Source: a virus (taxonomy: Duplodnaviria; Caudoviricetes). From it: a DNA stretch of 64,000 bases. The stretch lies in the IMG/VR virus record IMGVR_UViG_3300021957_000014, positions 1 through 64,000 of that record; one strand, given 5' to 3'. The first letter of the stretch is position 1; each line of letters begins with the position of its first letter. The notes under the pieces were generated by a model. The model searched no databases. It saw only the letters and a program-made list of their open reading frames with translations, and was not told the origin of the DNA. The position numbers and the translations under genes are program-made. Of the stretch, positions 1 through 7,585 are shown piece after piece.

Positions 1-1538
1 TCTGTAGATAGTTGAGTGTTAGTTGTTGTGACCGAACCACCCAATGCAACTGATTGACCATCAACTGTTATTGTGCTGTTTGATAATTTTGCGTTTGCAA
101 TAGAACCTGCTAACATGGCATTAGTAATACCTAATGCTTTTACTTGAAGTGTGTCTGAACTTGTTTCGATTGAACTGCCATCTACTGTTACGGAAAGAAC
201 ACCACTTGAATGTGCAAGACCGTCACCAGCGACTGATGCGTCTAGGTTTAAAGTAACTGCACCACTTGAACCACCACCACTTAGACCGTCACCTGCTGTA
301 ACACCTGTGATGTCCGCTGCGTTTCCGTCAATTGTAAGTGTTCCAGCTGCATCATCATATGTTGCAGTGATGTTTGTACCACCAACAATTAATGCACCAA
401 CTCTGTCATCTACTCTTTCGTTTGTATAGTAAAGGTTACCACTCTCTGTGATTCCACCAGTGTTTAGTGTGATGTTTGCTGTACCGTCAAAGGAAACACC
501 CGAGATAGTTCTTGCACTTGCAAGTGCAGTAGCAGTTCCTGCTAATCCTGTTGTATCTTGGTTAAGTGTTCCAATTGTAAAGTCTAAAGTGTTATCTGCA
601 TCTTGGTAAGCAACTGTAATACCACTTTCTGTGTTTGATGATACCATTGCACCAACTGTATCTGCAATATACTCTGAAGATACTGCAAGGTCAACTGCAC
701 CGTCACCAGCATCATCGTAAGTTGCTGTAAGACCAGTGTGTGAACCGTTAGTTGCTAATTGACCACCAACTACATCTTGAACTCTTTCTGAAGTATGATA
801 GAGGTTAGTTGAACCTTCACCCAAGTCATCTGAATCAAATGCACCCATGTTTACTGAGATTGCATCTGCAGCTACTGAGATACCTGTTCCACCACCAATG
901 TTTAATGTCGCAGCTCCACTTGTTGCACCACCAGTTAAACCCGAACCAGCAACTACTGATTCGATGTCACCAGCATCGTTTGTGAAACTGAATACACCAG
1001 TTGAACTGTTGTATGATATATCACCAGTTGCTGATAGAGCAGCTCTTGCTCTTGCATCTGTAAAGTAAAGGTTACTTGAACCTTCTGTAATTTCGTCTGA
1101 ATTGTCTTTTGTTAGAATACTTGCATCAACATAAGCTTTAATTGATTGTTGTGATGCAGCGTGAGATGCACTGTTCGAAGACATATCGTCTTCGTCTTTA
1201 AGGTCGATTGCAATGTCATCTGCATTTACAGTAATACCTGTACCAGCACCGATGTTTAATGTTGCATCACCCGAACTTGCAGTACCAGTTAAACCAGCAC
1301 CAGCATTAACTCCAGTGATATCACCTTGTTGTCCGTTGATTGTAAGTGTTCCAGCAGCGTCGTCATATGCTAATGATACCCCTGTTCCTGCTGTTAGTAA
1401 GGTATTGACTTGGTCATCGATGACCTCTAGAGCTGCACTACCGAAAGCACCTGCTACTAAGTCACCCGAACTATCTAGGACATCATTTGTTCCTACAGAT
1501 AGACCGTTCTTAAGTATGAAATTCTTTTCGCCTGCCAT
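1..1538 (-). CDS. Long tail/fibre protein, truncated by the window edge (not in ORF track)
   Basis: ATG at 1538 overlaps the TAA of the upstream ORF (TAATG). Reads open to base 1: MAGEKNFILKNGLSVG...EGSSNLYFTDARARAA...ITATYDDAAGTLTI. These G/T/S/A-rich repeats are typical of marine phage fibres. Confidence 0.85.
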   Translation of the reverse strand, partial: MAGEKNFILKNGLSVGTNDVLDSSGDLVAGAFGSAALEVIDDQVNTLLTAGTGVSLAYDDAAGTLTINGQQGDITGVNAGAGLTGTASSGDATLNIGAGTGITVNADDIAIDLKDEDDMSSNSASHAASQQSIKAYVDASILTKDNSDEITEGSSNLYFTDARARAALSATGDISYNSSTGVFSFTNDAGDIESVVAGSGLTGGATSGAATLNIGGGTGISVAADAISVNMGAFDSDDLGEGSTNLYHTSERVQDVVGGQLATNGSHTGLTATYDDAGDGAVDLAVSSEYIADTVGAMVSSNTESGITVAYQDADNTLDFTIGTLNQDTTGLAGTATALASARTISGVSFDGTANITLNTGGITESGNLYYTNERVDDRVGALIVGGTNITATYDDAAGTLTIDGNAADITGVTAGDGLSGGGSSGAVTLNLDASVAGDGLAHSSGVLSVTVDGSSIETSSDTLQVKALGITNAMLAGSIANAKLSNSTITVDGQSVALGGSVTTTNTQLST

Positions 1539-1756
1539 TAGATAGTACCCCCATCAATAACTGCATTTGATAATCTAGTATCAAATGAACTGTTAAATCT
1601 ACTGTCTGTGAAGTATAGATTAGTTGAACCTTCTGTGAGGTTATCTGAAGTAAGTAATGATATTGCAGTCGCAGCTAATTTTCCTGCTGAGGAAATAATT
1701 TCTGTCGACCCAACTGTCAGACCGTATTCTATTACGAATGTATTTTGTGTTGCCAT
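1538..1756 (-). CDS. Small fibre-associated connector protein
   Basis: 72 aa. Shares the LTEGSTNLYFT repeat with the downstream fibre; C-terminus IDGGTI; AAGGA RBS. Confidence 0.75.
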   Translation of the reverse strand: MATQNTFVIEYGLTVGSTEIISSAGKLAATAISLLTSDNLTEGSTNLYFTDSRFNSSFDTRLSNAVIDGGTI

Positions 1757-1833
1757 TTATGTGTCCTTTTAAGGTTTACCTTGAGGGGTGATACATTTAT
1801 TTATCGATTCTGCCCACTCATAAGTAACGTATT

Positions 1834-2667
1834 TTATGCATCTACTAAAATCTTTTTAAATTTATAGACGGTTGAATTTGTAGAAGCAGAAGTTACTCTA
1901 ATTCTTAAAGTTCCTATATTGATATCTACTCCAAATGTTGCAAGTTCTGAACTCCCTGTAAGGACTGTACCGTACTGAGACACACTTGCAGTTGTTCCAT
2001 TATGAACAATTGATAATTCTGTAAATTGATATACACCACTTGTTGCATCTGAAATAGATACTTCATACTTTGCACTTCTATATGCAGTAGTAGAGAATGT
2101 ATCCATACTTGTTTCACTTGTAGATGTTGTGGTAAGTGTACCACCATCTAATCCAGCTGCTGATTGAAATGTTAATGTACCACTACCATTTGTAGTAAGT
2201 ACTTGACCCGAAGTACCATCCGAGGTTGGATAATTGATACTTGCACCTGTTAAACTATTTGTTGCAGTCAATGTTGTTGCAACTAAGTCACCAACATGTA
2301 AGTCTGCTAATGCATAACCACTTCCACTTAAATTAACAGTGGATGTAGGTTCTGTTTCTAATCCATCAAATAGTTTCCATGTCGAATCTGTAGCATCTCT
2401 GAATAGACCTGTGTATTCACTTGCACCCCCTTCTCCACTTAAACCATCATTATAGTTACCATAGATTCCTATGTCTACTGTATCTGCAGTGGTGTTACCA
2501 CTTGCAAGTTCTATCAATGAATCTGTAACCGATTGAGTTGTGGAATCTATAACTGTGTTAGTTCCATTTACAGTTAGGTCACCAGTGACTACGAGATTTC
2601 CACCAATAGATGTATCTCCCGATGTTTGGATGCCTACGTCTGCAAAAAATTTGGATTGAGTTGCCAT
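1834..2667 (-). CDS. Fibre-associated virion protein
   Basis: 277 aa. Contains the GNLVVTGDLTVNGT fibre motif and PTSDGTSGQVLTTNGSG linker. The C-terminal ~100 aa domain is paralogous to those of the two neighbours. Confidence 0.8.
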   Translation of the reverse strand: MATQSKFFADVGIQTSGDTSIGGNLVVTGDLTVNGTNTVIDSTTQSVTDSLIELASGNTTADTVDIGIYGNYNDGLSGEGGASEYTGLFRDATDSTWKLFDGLETEPTSTVNLSGSGYALADLHVGDLVATTLTATNSLTGASINYPTSDGTSGQVLTTNGSGTLTFQSAAGLDGGTLTTTSTSETSMDTFSTTAYRSAKYEVSISDATSGVYQFTELSIVHNGTTASVSQYGTVLTGSSELATFGVDINIGTLRIRVTSASTNSTVYKFKKILVDA

Positions 2668-2672
2668 AGTAC

Positions 2673-2680
2673 TATTTATA
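2673..2680 (-). promoter_or_regulatory. T4-type late promoter TATAAATA
   Basis: Exact TATAAATA 5 nt upstream of the ATG at 2667. Confidence 0.75.
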
Positions 2681-2682
2681 GC

Positions 2683-2710
2683 AAAAAAAAGGGGAACCGA
2701 AGTTCCCCTT
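2683..2710 (-). terminator. Rho-independent terminator
   Basis: GGGGAAC-TTCG-GTTCCCC followed by T8. Confidence 0.9.
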
Positions 2711-2729
2711 AAAAGAATTTAATCTTTGT

Positions 2730-3143
2730 CTATGCGTCTACTGTCGTCCTAATAAATTTAGTAACGGTTGAAGTGGTACTAGCAGGTGTGATTCTCAATC
2801 TGAGGTCATCACCACTAATGTCAGCATCAAATGTTGCCAAAGCAGAACTACTTTTTAACGTGCCGTATTGAGTTAGTGTCACATCACTTCCATCATGAAC
2901 TAACATGATTTCAGTCGAATGAAACTCTCCCGCCGAAGACATTGCAACCACATACCTTGCAGCTCTATGAGATGCATGGGCAAACGTATCCAAATTAATT
3001 TGGGTAGTTGCAGTCGTAGTGGCATCACTACGTGTGGTATTCTTATCACTCATAGGTTTAGTCGTACTAATCTCATCTGTAGATGTATTATACTGTAAGA
3101 CACGGATTAATTCTGCTATTTTAAATGCATTAGATTTAGCCAT
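2730..3143 (-). CDS. Fibre-associated virion protein (stand-alone C-terminal paralogous domain)
   Basis: 137 aa. LDTF...RAARY...EIMLVHDG...QYG matches the C-terminal domains of 1834-2667 and 3157-3984. Confidence 0.75.
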   Translation of the reverse strand: MAKSNAFKIAELIRVLQYNTSTDEISTTKPMSDKNTTRSDATTTATTQINLDTFAHASHRAARYVVAMSSAGEFHSTEIMLVHDGSDVTLTQYGTLKSSSALATFDADISGDDLRLRITPASTTSTVTKFIRTTVDA

Positions 3144-3156
3144 AGTTCAATCCCCC

Positions 3157-3984
3157 TTAAGAATGTCTAATTTGGAATGTATCAATTGTAGTGTTAGTAT
3201 TGGCTGGAGTTACGAGTAATCTCATATTCCCCGAATCAACATCTGCACTCAATGTGAACAAACTTGCTGTTGAATACACATCTCCGTATTGTACGAAGTA
3301 TGCATTCGAGCCGTTATTAATAAGTAAAACTTCACATGCATGTGTCCCTGCCGAAGCATGAGTTGCATTAATTACATACTTGATGCCCTTAATTGCAACT
3401 GCATTTGAAGATAATACTTGGTCTGCTGTGGTCGCAGTTAAAACAGATGCAGTATAATAACCTTGTACAAGGTTAGCTGCTTCTGTAATTGCTACTACTT
3501 CTAACACATCTCCACTTAAAGCATTTGCTTGTAGTGTGATGGTAGTACTATTGGTTGCAGCGTAGTCGACACTTCCATCGATTAACTTCACACCATTCAA
3601 ATAAACTTGTTCCGTACCTGCTGTATAGAGCAACGCATTACTATTATCATCATTGCCTGAGATAACAGTAGTTGTTGAACCAATTGTGTAGGTAAACGTT
3701 ACAACTCCACTTGATGCTTGAGAAGAAAATGATATTGCGCCTGAACCATCTGTTTGTAGTACTTGGCCAGAAGTTCCGTCACTAGTAGGAAAGGAGTAGG
3801 CATCATTAACAGAAAGAGTTTTAGGGTTAGAACCGATTTCAGTAATCGCTGCTGACCCATCGTTCTTCTCAGTATACATTCTACCATGATAGGTATTAAT
3901 CGCGACTTCACCTAGTGATAAATCACCAGTAGTCGGGACTGCATTCTGAGTCGAACTTCTTTTAAAATTAATAACTGTTGCCAT
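3157..3984 (-). CDS. Tail fibre protein with T4 gp36/gp37-like N-terminal module
   Basis: INFKRSS...P...L.LGEVAIN resembles the T4 gp37 N-terminus (IQFKRSK...LAEGELAIN). Confidence 0.8.
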   Translation of the reverse strand: MATVINFKRSSTQNAVPTTGDLSLGEVAINTYHGRMYTEKNDGSAAITEIGSNPKTLSVNDAYSFPTSDGTSGQVLQTDGSGAISFSSQASSGVVTFTYTIGSTTTVISGNDDNSNALLYTAGTEQVYLNGVKLIDGSVDYAATNSTTITLQANALSGDVLEVVAITEAANLVQGYYTASVLTATTADQVLSSNAVAIKGIKYVINATHASAGTHACEVLLINNGSNAYFVQYGDVYSTASLFTLSADVDSGNMRLLVTPANTNTTIDTFQIRHS

Positions 3985-4022
3985 GTTACTCTCCTAGTAT
4001 TGATTGATTAGTGAAATATTAA

Positions 4023-5639
4023 TTAAAATGTTCCGCCGTCAATACCAGTGATAGCTACTGCACCCGAAGTTACCGTGAAGTTTGCAGAAGCAAAACTTGC
4101 GATACCTTTGTTAGATGTTGTTGCATCTTCACCAGCGACTGTTACTGTTCCGCCAGAGTATGATGCATCCATCCCTTCTCCAGCTGCAACGATAACAACA
4201 CCAAGGTTAGAACCTGTACCAACTTCTGAAGCGATTGTAATCGCACCATCAGCATTAGTTACATCAATTCCTTCACCAGCAGTTAGAGTTGCAAGTTCCA
4301 TGTCTCCATTAGAACCATTACCAACCATCAACTGTCCAGCTGTTGGAGCTGCACCATCGATAGATGTAATTGAACCACTTAATGCAAGACCAGTACCTTC
4401 GATTCCACCAAATGCTACATTACCAGCACTTCCACTGAAGACTGAAGATGTATCTGTTGCATCTTGGATAAATGTGAATTTACCAGTTGAATCGTCTAAA
4501 CCAAAGAAACCAACTTTAGCAGCTGACCCATTGTGCCAGTTGAATTTGATACCTCTGTCTAAGTTATCGTCTGAAGTTCCTTCACCGATTTCAAATACAG
4601 GGTCATCAATTTCTACTGTTGTAGAGTTAACTGTTGTTGTTGTTCCGTTTACTGTCAAGTTTCCTGAAACAGTTAAGTTTCCTGAAGCTGCAATGTTTGT
4701 AGATGTGATGTCATCAGATGTAAGTGTTCCATCAACGTCTACGTTGTTGAAAGTTACGTTAGATGTTGTTGCAACTGCCTGACCAATAGCGAAAGTCGCT
4801 GCTTGACCTGAAACAGAAGTTGTTACACCAGTTCCACCAGTAAATGTGATTGACTGAGAGTCTAAGTCGACTGCACCAGTTCCACTATCACCAGCAAGGT
4901 CTAAGTCCTGTGCTGTTACTTGTGAATCTACATATGCTTTAACAGATTGCTGAGAAGGAACTTTGACTGCAGAGTCAGAAGCCATATTGTCTTCGTCTAC
5001 TAAGAAGTCGATTTTTCCTACTGTTACATTACTGTCTAGAATCTTAGCAGTTGTAACTTTATCGTTTCCGATTGTTACTGCACCACTAGATGCCATAGTA
5101 ACGTCACCACTCATTGATACGTTGTCAAAAGAATTACTTCCGTCATGAACAAGTAGTTGTCCACCTGTTGGAGAAGAAATATCTGAATCCGTTGCACCTG
5201 CTAGTGTTGATGTTGTTGATAAGAATGATAAGTTACCACTGCCATCTGTACCGATGACTTGGTTAGCAGAACCATCCGCTGTAGGTAGAGTAAAGGTTGT
5301 CGAAGCACCTAATACGTCAGCAGCTTTTAATGCAACGAAGTTCGTTCCATTATCACTGTCTTCCATTAACTGTACACTTGCACCTGCTGTAGCACCATTA
5401 CCAACTTTGAAGTTGGATGGAGTTGCAGCTGAACCTGCTAACATATCCGTATAATACTTACCACCGATGGCTTGTATTAATGGAGTACTGTTATCAGAAT
5501 CTACGGATTCAATATAAAGTTTTGCTCCGGCACCCGAATTCGACCTATCCTGTACGTACGCTAATTCACCTTCCGAAAGGTCGGAGATAGCTGGTGCAGA
5601 TACACCTGTACTTCTTTTAATCTGAATTACTGTTGCCAT
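4023..5639 (-). CDS. Tail fibre protein
   Basis: 538 aa. N-terminus IQIKRST...LSEGELAY; GNLTVSGNLTVNG fibre motif; C-terminus IDGGTF. Confidence 0.85.
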   Translation of the reverse strand: MATVIQIKRSTGVSAPAISDLSEGELAYVQDRSNSGAGAKLYIESVDSDNSTPLIQAIGGKYYTDMLAGSAATPSNFKVGNGATAGASVQLMEDSDNGTNFVALKAADVLGASTTFTLPTADGSANQVIGTDGSGNLSFLSTTSTLAGATDSDISSPTGGQLLVHDGSNSFDNVSMSGDVTMASSGAVTIGNDKVTTAKILDSNVTVGKIDFLVDEDNMASDSAVKVPSQQSVKAYVDSQVTAQDLDLAGDSGTGAVDLDSQSITFTGGTGVTTSVSGQAATFAIGQAVATTSNVTFNNVDVDGTLTSDDITSTNIAASGNLTVSGNLTVNGTTTTVNSTTVEIDDPVFEIGEGTSDDNLDRGIKFNWHNGSAAKVGFFGLDDSTGKFTFIQDATDTSSVFSGSAGNVAFGGIEGTGLALSGSITSIDGAAPTAGQLMVGNGSNGDMELATLTAGEGIDVTNADGAITIASEVGTGSNLGVVIVAAGEGMDASYSGGTVTVAGEDATTSNKGIASFASANFTVTSGAVAITGIDGGTF

Positions 5640-5784
5640 TTTTATTTTCCTTTAAATAAAATTAATTAGTTGTGTTTCTCGTTCACTATCCCGAGAAGTT
5701 GATTGCATAATATAGTCTGTCCACTCACAATGTGGGTCGTTGTCTCACTGTCGACAACCTTGATTTGTACTAGTATTTAGACAA

Positions 5785-6030
5785 TTAAAACGTTCCACCG
5801 TCTAGTACGGTAGTTGTTGTCCACTTATCTGACGTTGCATCATATGATAAGAGTCCGTCATCTGTTTCAGATGCGTTTACGTCTGCAAGTTCATTGATTG
5901 ATTTTGCAGTAATGTCTGTTGAAGATGCAGAAGTTCCACCCATAGCAACCTGTGTTGCTTTGATGTTTCCACCACCAGTGACTTTACCACCAACGGTTAC
6001 AACTCTACTTAATGTTCCTCTAATTGCCAT
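5785..6030 (-). CDS. Small fibre connector protein
   Basis: 81 aa. Contains the INELADV...LLSYDATSDKW fibre repeat; C-terminus LDGGTF. Confidence 0.75.
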   Translation of the reverse strand: MAIRGTLSRVVTVGGKVTGGGNIKATQVAMGGTSASSTDITAKSINELADVNASETDDGLLSYDATSDKWTTTTVLDGGTF

Positions 6031-6034
6031 ATTA

Positions 6035-6364
6035 TCACCTCGTTACACTTGGGGTTACGATGGCTTGTCCTTCTATTACTCTAGTAGTTGTTGAACCACT
6101 AGTTACAGTCATATCATATACATAACGACCTGGCTCCAATGCTCCGCTTTGTGCATCAGTTAATGATAATGTTACCTTACCATCGGATGCTGATACTGAT
6201 GTTGTAAATGTTGCACTTGCACTTGAGGAAGTATAAGTCTTTCTCATTTGTGCTGCTGCAGTATAACCTGTTAAGTTAAGAACATTTCCAGTTGCATCGG
6301 TTACATCTACAGTAATACTGAAGTCTGTATGTTGGTCGATGAATATGTTTGCAAGAATAGCCAT
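6035..6364 (-). CDS. Conserved T4-like virion adaptor protein (BppU/Ig-like)
   Basis: ANIFIDQ.TDFS...LTGYTAAAQMRK...GRYVYD...RVIEG...V.P.VT is a widespread marine myovirus family. Late promoter TATAAATA at 6370-6377. Confidence 0.8.
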   Translation of the reverse strand: MAILANIFIDQHTDFSITVDVTDATGNVLNLTGYTAAAQMRKTYTSSSASATFTTSVSASDGKVTLSLTDAQSGALEPGRYVYDMTVTSGSTTTRVIEGQAIVTPSVTR

Positions 6365-6400
6365 GTAACTATTTATACCTTTTTAAGTTTTACTTAAATG

Positions 6401-7585
6401 TTAACCACCAAACTCGCCCTCTGAATACTGAGCAGTTGGTATAGATTGGTGAACTTTTCGTGCTGTTCCACTATCGTTTACGTGAACCTCGTCTAATTTT
6501 CTTAAAGTTCCACTATCGTTTACAAAGACACCTTTAACTTTTGCATGTCTAGGTATGACTCTAGTAGTAGTATAAGTGACTTGATATGTGAATGGACTTC
6601 TATGTTGATATGTTACTTGACTACCAGCATTATAAAAGAAAGGTGTTTGATTGTTTCTAATATTAGGTTCTTGTCCTTGTACTGAGTTTTGATAAGTGAA
6701 AGGTGACCTATGTTGATAAGTAAACGGTGTTTGTCCATTTGCAATGTATGGATATGGTAATTGCCTACTTCTAATATTAGGTTCTTGACCACTTGCAATA
6801 TATGGGTAAGTTACATTAGTATTAGCAGGTATAGGGTTTTGTCCAGTTCTTTGATACGTAAACGGACTTCTATGCTGATAGGTAAATGGTTGTCGACCAG
6901 TTCTTTGATATGTGAATGGAGTCTGACTTGCCTTTACAACATTTGTCTGTGCATTGCTAGGATTTCTATATGTAAACGGAGACTGATGCTGATATGAAAC
7001 AGGTGTAAGTGCTTGTCTTGCATACGTAAATGGTGACCTATGATTATAAGTTAACGGACTTCTATGTTGATATGATGCAGGCTGTCTAGCATTCACTGGG
7101 TTCCTATAAGTGAAAGGTGACCTGTGATTGTATGTAAACGGTGCTTGATTGTTTCTAATATTAGGTTCTTGTGCATTACGTATATTAGGTTCTTGTTGAT
7201 TTCTAATATTTGGTTCTTGTGCATTCACTGGATGTCTATATGTAAATGGTGACCTGTGATTGTACGTAAACGCTGTTTGACTGCTCCTAATATTTGGTTC
7301 TTGTGCATTTACAGGGTTTCTATAAGTGTTAGGTTGCCTTGCGTTTGCAATACTTGGTTCTTGTCCATTCACTGGACTTCTATACGTAAATGGTGACCTA
7401 AAGTTGTACGTAAACGGTGTTCGACCAGTTCTATCATAAGTAAAAGGTTGTCGTGCATCCTTAGTCTCGTTTGACTGTGCATTTGCTATATACGGATATG
7501 GTTGCTGTGCGTTCACAATGGAAGGCATCGCATAATCAACGATTAACGGATTTCGATATGGATATGGTTGTTGTCCTGTTGCCAT
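6401..7585 (-). CDS. Q/P/Y/R-rich modular repeat protein (predicted 'return strand' of a zipper fibre)
   Basis: 394 aa. About 340 aa of HRSPFTY / QEPNIR / QQPYPYIA / RNPV modules, then two VxVNDSGTxRK motifs. Confidence 0.85.
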   Translation of the reverse strand: MATGQQPYPYRNPLIVDYAMPSIVNAQQPYPYIANAQSNETKDARQPFTYDRTGRTPFTYNFRSPFTYRSPVNGQEPSIANARQPNTYRNPVNAQEPNIRSSQTAFTYNHRSPFTYRHPVNAQEPNIRNQQEPNIRNAQEPNIRNNQAPFTYNHRSPFTYRNPVNARQPASYQHRSPLTYNHRSPFTYARQALTPVSYQHQSPFTYRNPSNAQTNVVKASQTPFTYQRTGRQPFTYQHRSPFTYQRTGQNPIPANTNVTYPYIASGQEPNIRSRQLPYPYIANGQTPFTYQHRSPFTYQNSVQGQEPNIRNNQTPFFYNAGSQVTYQHRSPFTYQVTYTTTRVIPRHAKVKGVFVNDSGTLRKLDEVHVNDSGTARKVHQSIPTAQYSEGEFGG

